A DNA stretch of 63,917 nt, counting the filler, from Malassezia furfur (Eukaryota): the NCBI GenBank assembly GCA_052055015.1. It is 5 parts of 5 records of this genome, joined end to end, with 100 filler letters (N's around TTAATTAATTAA, not from the genome) between each part and the next. Parts side by side here need not be neighbours in the genome. Positions count along the whole stretch, not along the records: positions 1 to 13,436 come from JBQJIT010000317.1; positions 13,537 to 26,968 come from JBQJIT010000318.1; 3 more parts are not named here. One strand, 5' to 3'. Within the stretch, counting starts at the first letter, position 1, and each line of letters opens with the position of its first letter. Made by a program: the position numbers and the translations under genes. This document shows, one piece after another, positions 12,625-25,693 of this stretch. A model generated the notes under the pieces. The model saw only the letters and a list, made by a program, of their open reading frames with translations, did not search any database and was not told the DNA's origin.

Positions 12625-13180
12625 AACAAAGCTTATGCGATAATCACCACCAAAACGTGCTAGCGGGCGACAGGCTCAAATTGCCTCCGCCTCGACTTTC
12701 CCGTATCGGTACATCAAATAGCAACGGCTGGGGCAAATCACGTGCTCCATTGGAAACGTGCGAGATACCACGTTTTGCTGCGCAGATCTGCACGGGGAAT
12801 ATAGGTTTGGTATCGTGCGTACATCTTATCAACTATTGGCTCCTCGATAAGTTGGTGCATGACCGCATCCTATTTAGGTAATAAGAGTCCTGCTCTTCTA
12901 GCCACTCAGATCCTACCGGCTTCATTTTCGTGCTCCCGCGGTTATTTTCGGGCACTGCTTATGAAATTAAGTCCAGAACAAGGTTCTTCAATGCACGTTT
13001 CCTCCATATTGACAACCGGAAAGGTCCAATGAATGCAACCCGTTGGTCCTGGTGGATCCTTAATGTATCTATGGCACAATTCGAGTTTCGCTGTACCGCT
13101 GCTCCTAGATATAGGCTTCTTCCCGAGGTATAAGAAATAGAATTACCCGATTCTCAGTATCACTGTGCGTTGAGCCAGAC

Positions 13181-13436
13181 ATGGTTGGGCTATCGTATGT
13201 GCGCTTCGGCGTCGCATGGTGCATAGCCATCATCATTTTGCCTGGCCTTGCGAACGCAGCAAGCGACAATTTCTACACACCGAAGAATGGTTGGCAATCG
13301 TCTAGCGCAGGGGACATCCTTGCCTGGCGCTCGATTGATGCAAGCGGAATCAAGGCCAAAGTCGACCTGACCGAGGCATATCAGATTCTGTACCGCACCA
13401 GCCAGAACTCGCCAAAGAATCCTCAACACTCTGTTA
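13181..13436 (+). CDS. Secreted lipase (LIP/secretory lipase family), N-terminal fragment cut by the gap
   Basis: Signal peptide, then DNFYTP..GW....GDILAWR and AYQILYRT, typical of fungal LIP lipases. Confidence 0.75.
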
Positions 13437-13536
13437 NNNNNNNNNNNNNNNNNNNNNNNNNNNNNNNNNNNNNNNNNNNNTTAATTAATTAANNNNNNNN
13501 NNNNNNNNNNNNNNNNNNNNNNNNNNNNNNNNNNNN
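13437..13536. other. Artificial contig spacer 44N-TTAATTAATTAA-44N
   Basis: Six-frame stop linker flanked by Ns, found four times in the window. Confidence 0.98.
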
Positions 13537-13591
13537 CGCAGGCGCTGAGCTGGTGGCGGTACGAGCTGGGCACACATCCGTCTGCGGCGTG
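13537..13591 (+). repeat. 55-nt exact duplicate of 13799-13853 at the contig start (probable assembly artefact)
   Basis: Direct sequence identity. Confidence 0.85.
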
Positions 13592-13971
13592 CGTCGCTGG
13601 TGGAAGTCGCGCCGCGGCCGGCGCCCAGTGCGTCGCTGTACGCGGCGATGCCGATCGAGGCGCTGCGTGCGCAGCTGTCGGCGTGGGTGCGCGCGTGCGG
13701 CGACGACGCGCCGCGGGCGCAGGACGTCGAGTACGTCGAGCGCGTGCTGCTGGCGTGTGTGACGCCTGCGCACAGCGTCGCGCGACTGCCGACCGTGGCG
13801 CAGGCGCTGAGCTGGTGGCGGTACGAGCTGGGCACACATCCGTCTGCGGCGTGGCTGGCCGCGTACGAGGCGGTGCGCGCGCGCGTCGGCGAGGCGGTCG
13901 AGCGCGTGTGGGGCGCGCGGCTCGTGCTCGGCGCGGCGGGCGCGCGTGGAGGAGGACCCCATGTACGATAG
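13592..13971 (+). CDS. REV1: C-terminal fragment resembling the Rev1 C-terminal domain (translesion polymerase REV1)
   Basis: LRAQLSAWV..P..QDV...WLAAYEAVRARV..AV..VWGARL fits the Rev1-CTD pattern (L.EWI..P...D...W..AF..I...VQ..L...YG..L). Confidence 0.55.
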
Positions 13972-14093
13972 GGTGTACGATAGATATAGAAAAGGATCTA
14001 CGCACAGCAGGGCCGCTCCGGCCGGACGCGCGTGCCGCGACGGCGTCTGCACAGCCGTGCCGCTCGGATGCCATCTGCGTCTTGCTACACAAC

Positions 14094-16130
14094 CTATGTC
14101 TTGAGCAGCGTCGCAAAGTCGGACTCCTTCTCGACGAGCTGGAGCGCCTGGTCGACCTCGAGGCGCTTGCGCGCCTCCTCGAGCCAGTCGCTCGCGAGGA
14201 CCTTGGCCCAGCCACGCAGCTGGTTGAGCTCGCGCGCGGCGCTGTCGAGGTCCTTGTGGTCGAGGTACCACTCGGCACGCGCCACGGTGCTCGCCACGTC
14301 GCTGCCCGGCACGAGGCCCTTGCGCGAGAAGAGCAGCGGGCTGAGCGCCATGCTCGTCAGGTAGCTCAGCACGCCGGCGCCCTGGTCGGGGAGCAGCGCC
14401 ACGCTGCGCAGGCGCGGCGCGAGGCGGTTCGTGAACCACTCGGCGAGCGTCGGCTCGCTCTCGACGCCGTCGCGCGGCGTGCCCGTCTGGTCGATCGCGG
14501 CGATCGCCGCGCCGATCAGCGCATTGTCCTTGGCCTTGGCGGTGCCGCGCAGCATGTCGAGCTCCTTGGTAAAGGTGCGGCGCACATACGCGTTGGCCTC
14601 CTCGCCGGCGATGGCCCCGCCGTCGATCGCCGTGCGCAGCTGGCGCAGCGCGGCGGAAAGCGCGTGCATGTCGACGTTGTCGTCGAGCGTCTTGGCGTTC
14701 TCCAGCGAGACGGCCTCGAGGCGGTGGAGCTCGGTGGCAAGCTCGTCGAGGCGCGCGAGGCGGCCCGCACGCTCCTGCTCGACCTTGGCCTTGATCTCGC
14801 GCGACCACTTGCGCTGCAGCTCGATGCCCTGCGCAAGCACCTCTTCGCGGAGGCGCTCGTTGATGATGCTCGACTGCGTCTCGAGCTCCTTGTTGAGGCG
14901 CCCCTTGAACTGCGCCGTCTGCTCGGCCTGGATCGCGTCGAGCTTCTTGGCCCAGTCCTTGTCGTGCTTGTCGAGCGCGTTCGCCGCCTGCTCGGCCTTC
15001 GCAGCGATCTCCTCCTCAAACTGCTTCGCCTGCTTGGCGAGCTGCGCGTCGAGCACCTGGGCGTCCTTTTGCTTGATCTGGTCCATGCGCTTGACCAGCT
15101 GCTCGAGGTCCGCCTGCGCCGACTCGAGCACGCCCTTCGCCACGGCGCCGGCCGACGGCGTCTCGCGCACAAACGCCGTGAGGTCGTCAATCGTCGACGC
15201 GAGCTGCGACACGATCGGCTCCGAGCCACCGAGCTTGCCCAGCGACGACGCAAGCTGCGGCAGCTTGGGCGCCTCGGGGTCCGGGCGCAGGCGCGCCTTG
15301 TTGTCCTTGGGCGCCGGCGCCTCGAGCTTGCGCTCCTTGTGCATCGGCATGTAGCCCGCGGGCGGCTCGTGGCCCACCGGCAGCTCGTTGCGGTACAGGT
15401 TCGGGCCGTCCTCGGGCTTGCGCTCGGGCAGCGGGATCGCGTTGCGCACGTCCTCCGGCAGACGGTCGCGCGCCTCGTGCGCAAAGTGCGTCGCACGCTC
15501 GCCGAACGCCTTGAGCTTGGCCTCGGCCAGCTCGGTGGCCTGCTCGAGCCACTGCGACGAGTTCTCGCGCAGGTGCTTGACCTGCTCCTCGAGCGCCTGG
15601 CCCTCGTCGCCGGCCTTGCTCTTCAGCTCGTCAATCTGCTGCTGGACGCGCTGCTGGAGCTGCTCGGCGCGCTTCTCGACCTCCTCGCGCGTGTTTTGCA
15701 CATGCTCGTTGCTGCGCACTTTGTCCGCAAGCTGCGTCCAGCCGGTGCGCACCTGCTGCGCGGCGTGCGACACCTTGTCGTCGAGGTGCAGCGCGTCGAG
15801 CTCCTTGCGCAGGTCGTGGTCGGCAAAGTAGTCGAGCAGCGGCTTGCCGCCGTACACGCGCTCCTCAAAGAACTTTTTGTAGTCGGCGTTCTGCTGCGCC
15901 ACGGGCACCGACGCGCCGTAGAAGAGCGCGGTCAGCAGCGCCGCGTACCCCACGCGCCGGCCCCAGCGGCCGCGGCGCACCGGCGCCGCCCCGCGGGCAT
16001 GCTCGGCAGCGGGCGAGGGCAGCGGCGACGTGGTCGGCTTCGGAGCCGCCGACGAGTAGCCCCTCGTGGCACGGAGCGCGGTGCGCGCACGCACTCGGGG
16101 GGTCAGCATGAGAGCAGCAGCGCGGCTCAT
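14094..16130 (-). CDS. MIC60: MICOS subunit Mic60/mitofilin
   Basis: Presequence, TM, long coiled coil and mitofilin domain ([32 protein letters not shown]); ATG 16130. Confidence 0.93.
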   Translation of the reverse strand: MSRAAALMLTPRVRARTALRATRGYSSAAPKPTTSPLPSPAAEHARGAAPVRRGRWGRRVGYAALLTALFYGASVPVAQQNADYKKFFEERVYGGKPLLDYFADHDLRKELDALHLDDKVSHAAQQVRTGWTQLADKVRSNEHVQNTREEVEKRAEQLQQRVQQQIDELKSKAGDEGQALEEQVKHLRENSSQWLEQATELAEAKLKAFGERATHFAHEARDRLPEDVRNAIPLPERKPEDGPNLYRNELPVGHEPPAGYMPMHKERKLEAPAPKDNKARLRPDPEAPKLPQLASSLGKLGGSEPIVSQLASTIDDLTAFVRETPSAGAVAKGVLESAQADLEQLVKRMDQIKQKDAQVLDAQLAKQAKQFEEEIAAKAEQAANALDKHDKDWAKKLDAIQAEQTAQFKGRLNKELETQSSIINERLREEVLAQGIELQRKWSREIKAKVEQERAGRLARLDELATELHRLEAVSLENAKTLDDNVDMHALSAALRQLRTAIDGGAIAGEEANAYVRRTFTKELDMLRGTAKAKDNALIGAAIAAIDQTGTPRDGVESEPTLAEWFTNRLAPRLRSVALLPDQGAGVLSYLTSMALSPLLFSRKGLVPGSDVASTVARAEWYLDHKDLDSAARELNQLRGWAKVLASDWLEEARKRLEVDQALQLVEKESDFATLLKT

Positions 16131-16288
16131 TCCCTCGTTCACAACGGGAGACGGGTGCACCGCGTGCCCTGCCCCGGCCGGTAGAACCCGGCACGTGCAA
16201 AACGGCGGAGGCTGACTCAGCACCTAGAAGCCCCGCCGCCGATCGCGCCAACGCGTGCGCACACACCCCGCCGGCCAGCGCGCACGCC

Positions 16289-16935
16289 ATGTTTGACGAG
16301 ACAGAGGCGGTGATCGCCGACTTTGCCGCGGGCAAGTTTGTGATCGTGCTCGACGACGAGGACCGCGAGAACGAGGGTGACCTGCTGGTCGCCGCCAGCA
16401 AGATCACCACCGAGCAGATGGCGTGGTTCATCCGGCACACCAGGTACGCCGCCGTGACTCACTCAGCGGCTTCATCTGCATCGCGCTCCCGCCCGAGCGC
16501 CTCGACGCACTGCAGATCCCCATGATGGTGCCGAACAACACGGAAAAGCACAAGACGGCGTACACGGTCACCGTCGATTACATCCACGGCACGACGACGG
16601 GCATCTCGGCGCACGACCGCGCACTGACCGCGCGCATGCTCGCCGACCCGTCGCTCGGCGCGACCGCGCAAGACTTTTCGCGCCCGGGGCACATGAACCC
16701 ACTGCGCTACACGCCCGGCGGCGTCACGGCGCGCCCCGGGCACACCGAGGCGAGCGTCGACCTGTGCACGGCGGCGCACCTCCCGCCCGGCGGCCTGCTG
16801 TGCGAGCTCGTGGACCCCGACGACGCACAGGGCGGCATCGCGGCGCGCGACGCGTGCCTCGCGTTTGCGCGCACGCACAACATCAAGGTGACCACGATCG
16901 AGCGCCTGCGCGCGTGGCGTGCGGCGCACCCGTAG
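16289..16935 (+). CDS. RIB3: 3,4-dihydroxy-2-butanone 4-phosphate synthase; 23-nt intron 16444-16466
   Basis: [26 protein letters not shown]; splicing restores RHTSGFIC. Confidence 0.95.
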
Positions 16936-16989
16936 TGCACGGCGGTGTCGGATCACGATGCGGGGCAACACAAGCTATGACCGCTACGT

Positions 16990-18875
16990 CTAGTCCGCAA
17001 TGCTGCGGAAGCTCTCGGTGATGTCGTTCGCGAGCTGGTCGAACTTGGCCGTGATGGCCTTCTCGCCGTCCTTGGGGTCCTCAAACTTTTGCTGCGTGAG
17101 GCGGTAAAACACGTCCTGGGTGTGCTCGCGGATCTTGGCCCAGGTGAGGTCCGGATTGTTGTTGAGTGCGGCCTGCGCCTTCTCGTGGTAGTCGATCATG
17201 TTGCGCAGCATGCCCGTGGTCTTGTAAAAGGGACAGAACTGGTCGTACTCGGAAATACCGTTCTGCTGCAGGTAGTCGTCCTTCATCACGCGCGCCACCT
17301 CGAGGGTGACCTTGTCCGGCTCGCCGAGCGCGCTCTTGCCGACCAGCTGCACGATCTCGGCAAGGTCCGAGTCCTTCTGCAGCAGGCTGCGCGCCGACGC
17401 ACGCAGCTGCTCAAAGCCCGGCGCGTTCTTCTGGTAGTAGGGGTCGAGCGTCTTGGCGTAGCGCGAGTACGACACGTCCCAGTTTACCGAGGGGAAGTGC
17501 TTGCGCTGCGCGAGCTTCTTGTCGAGACCCCAGAAGGCACCGACGATACCCAGCGTCGCGGTGGTCACCGGGTCGGAGAAGTCACCGCCCGGCGGACTGA
17601 CCGCACCGACAATCGACACCGAGCCGACACGCTCCGGCGAGCCGAGCGCCGTGACCTTGCCGGCGCGCTCGTAGAAGCTCGCGAGCTTGCCACCGAGGTA
17701 CGCAGGGTAGCCCGAGTCGGCGGGCATCTCGGCCAGACGACCACTGATCTCACGCAGCGCCTCGGCCCACCGCGAGGTGGAATCGGCCATCATCGCGACG
17801 TTGAAGCCCTGGTCACGGAAGTACTCGGAGAGCGTAATGCCCGTGTAGATCGACGCCTCACGCGCGGCCACCGGCATGTTGGACGTGTTGGCCACGAGCG
17901 TGGTGCGGCGCATGATCGGCTGCTCCTCGCCGTCGCGCTGCAGCGTGAGCTCGGGGAACTCTTGCAGCACCTCGGCCATCTCGTTGCCGCGCTCGCCGCA
18001 CCCGACGTAGGTGATGATGTCCGAGTTGGAGAACTTGGACAGTGCCTGACTAATGACCGTCTTGCCGCACCCGAACGCGCCGGGGATGGCCGTCGTGCCG
18101 CCCTGCACACACGGGAAGAGCGAGTCGAGGATGCGCTGCCCCGTGAGCAGCGGCGTGTCGGCCTGCAGCTTCTCGGTGACGGGGCGCGGCGCACGCACCG
18201 GCCACGTCTGGAACAGGCGGTGCTCCTGCTTCTTGCCGTTGAACTCGGTCTCGAGCACGACGTCGTCCACGGTGTAGTCGCCCTTCTCGGCGATGTAGGT
18301 GATTGTACCGAGCGCGCGCGGCGGGAGCATCATGCGGTGCTCGCGCACGAGCGGGTTCTCGTACACACTGCCAAAGATGTCGCCGCCGCTGATGTGGTCG
18401 CCGACCTTGAGCTTGCCCGGCGTGAACGCCCACTTCTTGTCGCGGTCGAGCGCAGGCGTGCTGATCCCGCGCGGGATATAGATGCTCTGGCTCTTGTCCA
18501 TGATCGCCTGCAGCGGGCGCTGGATACCGTCGTAGATGTTCTCCATCAGGCCGGGGCCGAGCTCGACACTGAGCGGCTTGCCCGTGCGCATCACGGGGTC
18601 GCCGACCGCAACACCACTCGTCTCCTCGTACACCTGGATCGTCGCGCGGTCACCGTCGATACGGATGATCTCGCCGACGAGCTCGTCGTAGCCGACGCGC
18701 ACCAGCTCGTACATGCTCGCCCCCGTCATCTTCTCGGCGACGACCACAGGGCCGGACACGCCGAACACGGAGCCGAACTGGCTCTCCCTATCCTCGTCGC
18801 GGATCTGTGTGAGTGCGGCGTGCGCGTACGCACCTTGCGCGTGTCCCGCTTCGCGTTGCTCAGTGCGCCCGCCAT
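16990..18875 (-). CDS. VMA1: V-ATPase catalytic subunit A, no intein; 29-nt intron 18805-18833
   Basis: GAFGCGKT Walker [21 protein letters not shown]; 14-codon first exon [14 protein letters not shown]. Confidence 0.97.
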
Positions 18876-18977
18876 GGTGGACTCCGGTATCGCTCGCGGC
18901 GCCGGGCGGGACGAGGCTGAGTCAGGCTGACACATCGCCCCGGACGCGCGTCGGCCAGCGACGCACCCGCCACCGCC

Positions 18978-20433
18978 ATGCCGCCCAAGCAGGACTGGGA
19001 GAAGTACAGCAAGCCGGACACGGACGTGAAGGACGACGACAAGATCGTGCCGCTGGACGAGGGCGACATCCAGCTCCTCCGCACGTACGGACAGGGGCCG
19101 TACGCCGGCCAGCTCAAGCGCATCGAGGCCGAAATCAAGGACGTCGAGAAACGCGTCAACGAAAAGATGGGCGTCAAGGAGAGCGACACGGGCCTCGCAC
19201 CGCCCGACCTGTGGGACATCGCCGCAGACAAACAGCGCATGAGCGAGGAGCAGCCGCTCCAGGTCGCGCGCTGCACCAAGATCATCCAGGCCGAGACCGA
19301 CAACGCGGGCGACGACGCACGCGCCGACAGCGCCGGCCCCGGCGACACGGGGCTCGGCGCGCTCGACAACGTCCTCGGCGCCCTCGGCGGGATGGGCGCA
19401 CTCGGCGGCTCGCGCTCCGCCGAGGGCAAGGACAAGTACGTGATCAACGTCAAGCAGATCGCCAAGTTTGTCGTGGGCCTCGGCGAGCGCGTCGCGCCCA
19501 CCGACATTGAAGAGGGCATGCGCGTCGGGTACGTTGCCTCTTACTGACCCCAGTGTCGACCGCAACAAATACCAGATCCAGATCCCGCTCCCGCCGAAAA
19601 TCGACCCGACCGTGACGATGATGCAGGTCGAGGAAAAGCCGGACGTGACGTACAGCGACGTCGGCGGGTGCAAGGAGCAGATCGAGAAGTTGCGCGAGGT
19701 CGTCGAGACGCCGCTCTTGTCGCCCGAGCGCTTTGTCAAGCTCGGCATCGACCCGCCCAAGGGCGTGCTGCTCTTTGGACCACCGGGCACCGGCAAGACG
19801 CTGTGTGCCCGCGCCGTGGCGAACCGCACCGACGCCACCTTCATCCGCGTCATCGGCTCGGAGCTCGTGCAGAAGTACGTCGGCGAGGGCGCGCGCATGG
19901 TGCGCGAGCTGTTCGAGCTTGCACGCACGAAGAAAGCGTGCATCATCTTCTTTGACGAGGTCGACGCCATCGGCGGCATGCGCTTCGACGACGGCGCCGG
20001 CGGCGACAACGAAGTGCAGCGCACCATGCTCGAGCTCATCAACCAGCTCGACGGCTTCGACGCGCGCGGCAACATCAAGGTGCTCATGGCCACCAACCGG
20101 CCCGACACGCTCGACCCGGCGCTGCTGCGCCCAGGCCGTCTCGACCGGCGCGTCGAGTTCGGCCTACCCGACAACGAGGGCCGCGCGCACATCCTCCGCA
20201 TCCACGCGCGCTCCATGTCCGTCGAGCGGAATATCCGCTTCGACCTGATTGCGCGGCTCTGCCCCAACACCACAGGCGCCGAGCTGCGCAGCGTCGCGAC
20301 CGAGGCAGGCATGTTTGCCATCCGTGCGCACCGCAAGGTGGCCACCGAAAAGGACTTCCTCGCGGCCGTCGAAAAGGTCGTGCGCCAGGGCAGCAAGTTC
20401 TCGAGCACGTCGCTCTATGCACAGTACAATTAG
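18978..20433 (+). CDS. RPT1: 26S proteasome AAA-ATPase Rpt1; 25-nt intron 19529-19553
   Basis: [40 protein letters not shown]; splicing gives [12 protein letters not shown]. Confidence 0.97.
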
Positions 20434-20463
20434 GTGGCGGTGCTATACCCCTGTAGCATGTAT

Positions 20464-21779
20464 TTATTCATGTGCGTCTTCGGCCTCGCCGGGGCACACG
20501 GCCAGCAGCTCGTTGTACGTCGCGTACCGGTGGCCACAGTACACACAGTACGCGTAGGTAGTGCGCAGGTGCGCATGCGTCAGCGCCAGGCGCGTCGCGG
20601 CGGGCAGCGTGCAGAAACGCGCCGCGTCCAGACGGCGCTGCGCGGCCGGCGACACTCGCGGCGGCGGCGGCGGCGGCGAGGCACGCTTGGCATCGGCGGC
20701 CTTGGACCGGCCGAGACCTGCACGCGGCGCATCGTCATCCGGCGACAGAGACACTCGAGCATCGTCGCTCCTCGCCGCCTCGTCCGCAAAGTGGCCTGCA
20801 GCGCTGCCTGCCGCGCTGCTGGCCTTGTCGCCTTCCCCCTCTTCGTCCTCGCCCCTCTCCTCTCCTTGTGCAAACGCATACGCCAGCAGCGCCAGCGCAT
20901 CCTCCTGCCCCCGCTCGTTCTCCCGCACATACGACGCCTGGTAATACTCATGCTCGGGCGGCAGCGACGAAGGATCAAGCCACAGCGGACTGTACTGCAT
21001 GTAAGCCTCCCACGCACCTCAATGCCCTCCTCTTCGTCCAACTCGCGGCATATCTGACGCGCCTTGCGCAGTACCTGCTCCGTGTGTCGCTGCGCGGCCT
21101 CGGCAGCTTTGCCCTGTCGGAATCGGTCGGCCTCCGTCTCGGGGTCGTCGTGCACGACCGGGGCCTGGCTCGCAGCCTCGGCGATCTGTTGCGAGAGCGA
21201 CGCATGCCCAATGCCCAGCCGCCGTGGGCCCGTATCGCCTGCATGGCTTAGCCAGCGCTGGTCCGGCGCAATTGGCTCGCTTGATGCCGCCGTCGCGTCG
21301 CTGCCCAGCGCCGTGCCAGGCTTGTAACCCATAGCAAGCATCATACGCACCGCAGCACTCGTCCCGGACCCGGCCTGCGGCGCCTCAGAGTCGGCGGGCG
21401 CCGCCGCACGCTCCAGCACGTTGACGGCCATGCCTACCTGCCGCGCCTCTTCCTCGCCCGCGAGCGGCCCACGCTGCCGCTTGCTTCGCCGTGCGTCTGC
21501 CTCCTCCATCTCACGCCGCTGATGCTCCTGGTGCTCGCGGAGCGCCTTGGCGCGCTTCTCGGCGTACGTGAGCTGCCGCGGCGCGTCGCGCTCTTCGAGC
21601 TGCGCGAGGAACGCATCAGACATGTAGTCGGGCACCTCGTCCGAATTGGACTCGCTCGCCGCGCTGGGTGCGCGACGACCAAGGCCCGCACGCGTGTCAC
21701 TAGGCACAGGCGCGCTTGCGCCCTCCTCCTCCTCGGCGCGCCACGCCTGCAGCTGGTCGGCCAGCGACCGCTTCTTCAT
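20464..21779 (-). CDS. G-patch domain protein with C-terminal DUF4187-like Cys motif (GPATCH11-like); 23-nt intron 20995-21017
   Basis: DYMSD, RMMLAMGYKPGTALG...GIG, HLRTTYAYCVYCG.RY......CPG..ED.H. Confidence 0.8.
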
Positions 21780-21805
21780 GGTGTGGAGGTGTGGCTTCGC
21801 ACGGA

Positions 21806-23018
21806 CTACAAACGCTCTACCACTACGGCCGAGGCACCACCGCCGCCCTGTTGTCAGTGGAAACACGTACGTTGCACACACTCGCCACGCCGTACTCGCC
21901 CTTCTTGAGCGCATGCACGAGCGTCACGACAATCCGCGAGCCGGAACTGCCGATCGGGTGGCCCAGCGAGACACCGCCGCCCAGCGTGTTCACCTTGCTG
22001 GCGTCCAGATCGAGGATCTGCATGTTGGCCAAAGCCACCGCTGAGAACGCCTCGTTGATCTCGAACAGCGCAATCTGGTCCTTGGACAGCCCGGCGCGCT
22101 CGAGTGCACGCGGGATCGCAAGCGCCGGCGCAATGGGGAAGTCGATCGGCTTGCGCGCCGCGTCCGCCGTAGCTGGGTTAGTCGTAGCAACGTACCAATC
22201 ACGCGCGCGATCGGCTTCAGGTTGTGTTCCTTGACCGCCTGCTCGCTCGCGAGGATCAGCGCACTGGCGCCGTCGTTCAGCGAGCTCGCATTCGCAGCCG
22301 TCACCGTGCCGTCCTTTTGGAAGGCGGGGCGCAGCGACGACACCTTCTCCTTGTTGAGCTTTTTGAATTCCTCATCCTCGCGCACGACCGTCTCGCCACG
22401 GCGGTCCTGGAAGGTGACGGGGACGATTTCGGCGTCAAACGCGCCCGCGCTCCACGCAGCAGCGGCGCGCTCGTACGACTGGATTGCATACGCGTCCTGC
22501 GCCTCGCGCGTCAGGTTGTGTGTCTTGGCGGTGTTTTCGGCGCACAGACCCATGTGCTCCTGGCTGAGCGCGTCGCTCAGGCCATCACGCAGGATGGAGT
22601 CGCTCGCCTTGGCGTCACCGTAGCTGAGGCCGTTGCGCGGCATGTAGTAGGGCGACTGGCTCATGCTTTCCATGCCGCCGACGAGCATCACCTTGCGGTC
22701 GCCGAGCTGGATGGCCTGCGTCGCGAACGCGAGCGCCTTCATGCCGCTCGCACACACCTTGTTGACCGTCGTGGCCTCCGTCGACTCGTTGCACCCGGCA
22801 CGGAGCACCACCTGGCGTGCAGGCGCCTGCCCAACATTTGCCTGCAAGACACAGCCTAGGTACGCCTCCTCGACGTCACTGGGCTGGATGCCGGCGCGCT
22901 CGATCGCGGCCTTGGCGGCGGCAGTGCCGAGGTCCGTGGCGCTCTGGCTTTTGAGGACACCCTGGAAGGCACCCACGGGCGTGCGTACGGCAGACACAAT
23001 GTACACGGGCTCGACCAT
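21806..23018 (-). CDS. ERG10: Acetyl-CoA C-acetyltransferase; 23-nt introns 22173-22195 and 21848-21870
   Basis: [21 protein letters not shown]; splicing restores CNGGGGASA. Confidence 0.95.
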
Positions 23019-23125
23019 GGTCGGAAGAATGTCGTACGATCTACGCGTGTTCCGATGCCCGCCTTAACCCCACCCCCCACAGTCTGCCACGTGCGAAATT
23101 TGGTCCGTGGCGAGCGACCTAGATC

Positions 23126-23623
23126 ATGGCACAGGGTACGTGCGCGCCGCAGCTAATCCAGTCCCACGCAACTTTCGGCTCCTCGAGGAACTCGAGAAGG
23201 GCGAAAAAGGCCTCGGAAATGGCTCGTGCTCGTACGGGCTGGACGAGAGCGATGATATCCGTGCGTGTTTAATGCGCTGACGCAGTGATGTCCAAGTGGA
23301 ATGCGACGATTCTCGGGCCGAGCAACTCGGTGCACCAGAACCGCATCTATTCGCTCCGCCTCTTCTGCGGCGACAAGTACCCGGACGCGCCGCCCGAGGT
23401 GTGGTTTGAGACGAAGATCAACCTCCCGTGCGTGCGCCAGAGCGACGGCAAGGTCGACCCGTCGCTGTTTGCGCCCCTCGCGCGGTGGCGCCGCGATTAC
23501 AACATGGAGAGCCTGCTTGCGGAGCTGCGTCGGTAGGTGGTATGCGTGGCTAACGCTAGGGAAATGGCTCTGCCAGCGAACCGCAAGCTGCCGCAGCCGC
23601 CGGAGGGATCGACGTACAACTAA
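23126..23623 (+). CDS. MMS2: Ubiquitin-conjugating enzyme variant Mms2; introns 23136-23161, 23261-23285, 23533-23559
   Basis: Spliced [20 protein letters not shown]...WNATILGP...[12 protein letters not shown]. Confidence 0.93.
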
Positions 23624-23641
23624 GCACCACGGCACGCGCGG

Positions 23642-24664
23642 CTATTGGAGCGCGACGGCAATCTGTGCCGCAAGTTTGAGCCCCTGCGCAGAGGTCATGT
23701 CGAGCGCCTCGTGCTTCTCTGCGAGCGCACAGCCCTGCTCGACGGCCGCGGCGGTGATAGGCAGGCTGTAGTGCGCCAAAATAGCGAGCACAAAACACAC
23801 GCGCGAAATCGCTGCGCGGGTGCCTGGCGCAATCGACTCGTTCACATCGCTGTACACGCCGTCAATGTCCATCGCGACGCCGCGTCCCGCGGGCCCCACC
23901 TCGACATTTTCGCCCTCGCCCTCGGCCTTGGCGACGTCAAAGGGGACGTGCTTGGCGACCCACACCAGGCCGTTGAGGCCCAGGACGAGGTCAACGGCGC
24001 CGCCCTGCAGGTGCTCGAGCGTGAGAAAGTGGCTCTTGTGCCGGCGGATCAGCACGGGCGGCACAACGACGAGCACGCCGTTCCGCAGCTTGCCGTACCG
24101 CAGCGAGCGGGTATGCAGTCCAACGCTGCCGTCCTGGAACAGCGACTGGACTTCGGCCACGAGCAGGTCGCCCTCCTGGAAGAAGGCGCGCATCTGCAGC
24201 TCGTCCGACTCGAGCTTTTTGCGCTGCACACCGCCGGGCAGGTTAATGGACGAGAGCTGCAGCGACGCGTCCGTCTTGGACCCAATGTCCACCTTCCAGC
24301 GCCGCGACTGCACCTCGGTGATGCGGCCCACGACCAGGTCGCCGACCTCGGGGCGGTAGCGCGTGCGCACCGGGCGCACCGAGATGAGCTTGTTCACGCG
24401 GTCTACTGAGCCGCTCAACAGCGACACGATCTCTTCGTGTGCCGGGTCAATGTAGCTGCCGTGTCCGCGCATGTACAGCGCACTGGAGGCGATCGCCTGT
24501 CCTGGCATCGCAATCATGGTGTCGGTATCCTGCTCCTCGTGGAGCGCCTCGTCCGCGATGCGCTCGTGCGCATCCGACCGGCGTGGCGGGTCGGCGCCGC
24601 TCGCGTGCACGTACACGCCGCACGCGGCCCCCCGTGCCCCAGCAGGCACCACCGAAAAGGGCAT
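23642..24664 (-). CDS. RRP4: Exosome cap subunit Rrp4
   Basis: MRGHG, RYRPEVGDLVVGRI, LHTRSLRYGKLRNG. Confidence 0.95.
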   Translation of the reverse strand: MPFSVVPAGARGAACGVYVHASGADPPRRSDAHERIADEALHEEQDTDTMIAMPGQAIASSALYMRGHGSYIDPAHEEIVSLLSGSVDRVNKLISVRPVRTRYRPEVGDLVVGRITEVQSRRWKVDIGSKTDASLQLSSINLPGGVQRKKLESDELQMRAFFQEGDLLVAEVQSLFQDGSVGLHTRSLRYGKLRNGVLVVVPPVLIRRHKSHFLTLEHLQGGAVDLVLGLNGLVWVAKHVPFDVAKAEGEGENVEVGPAGRGVAMDIDGVYSDVNESIAPGTRAAISRVCFVLAILAHYSLPITAAAVEQGCALAEKHEALDMTSAQGLKLAAQIAVALQ

Positions 24665-24708
24665 CGTCGTGGAAGCACGGTTTAGTCAGCACCGTCGCTT
24701 CCGTCACC

Positions 24709-25662
24709 ATGGAGGAGCGCACGGCGAAGCGCAAGCGCTCCGCGTCACCGCCTGCCACGGGCGAGGGCCTGCGCAGCGCGCTCGCCAAGCTCGCAGAGAC
24801 ACGCGCAGGTGGTGCATACGTGCCGCCCGCGCGGCTCAAGGCGCTCATGGCCGAGGCGGCGCGCGCCGATCCGGGCAGCGTCGAGTACCAGCGCATGAAC
24901 TGGGAGGCACTGCGCAAGAGCATCACCGGCTTGGTCAACAAGGTTGCCGCGGACAACATCAAGTTTATTGTGCCGGAGCTGTTTGCCGGCGCCAACCTGA
25001 TCCGCGGCCGCGGTCTGTTTTGCCGCTCGATTATGCACGCGCAGGAATTCTCGCTGCCCTTCACCCCTGTGTTTGCGGCGCTCGCGGCGATCGTCAACAC
25101 CAAGCTGCCGTTTGTCGGCGAGCTGTTGGTGACGCGCCTCGTGTCGCAGTTCCGGCGCTCGTTCCGCCGCAACGACAAGCCCAAGTGCCATGCGACGCTA
25201 CAGTTCCTCGCGCACCTCGTCAACCAGCGCGTCGCGCACGAATTGCTCGCGCTCGAGATCCTTGTGCTGCTCCTCGAGCACCCGACGGACGACAGCGTCG
25301 AGCTGGCCGTTGCGTTCATGCGCGAGGTCGGCCAGTTTCTCGCCGAAGAGGCGCCCAAGGCATGCAACAGCGTGTTTGACCGCTTCCGTGCGGTGCTGTA
25401 CGAAGGCGAGATTAGCGTGCGCGTGCAATACATGGTCGAAGTGCTTGCACAGACGCGCAAGGACAACTTTAAGGACAACCCGCGCATCCCCGAGCAGCTC
25501 GATCTCGTCGAGGAAGACGACCAGATCACGCACCAGATCGGCCTCGACGACGAGCTGCGTCTCGAAGAGGGCCTCAACATCTTCAAGCCGGACCCCGACT
25601 TTCTCGAGAACGAGGAAAAATACCGCCAGATCAAGGCCGAGATTCTCGGCGAGGGAGAAGAC

Positions 25663-25693
<31 letters not shown>

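Noticed and set aside
13481..13492. TTAATTAATTAA as a biological repeat, TTAA target site or CRISPR-like repeat
   Set aside because: It is always centred in 44+44 Ns, so it is an assembly linker with stops in all six frames.
17990..18015. VDE intein in VMA1
   Set aside because: The insertion site [11 protein letters not shown] is uninterrupted.
19285..19430. Gly/Ala-rich insertion in Rpt1 as an intron or mobile insert
   Set aside because: It is in frame, has no splice signals, and falls in a loop of variable length in fungal Rpt1.
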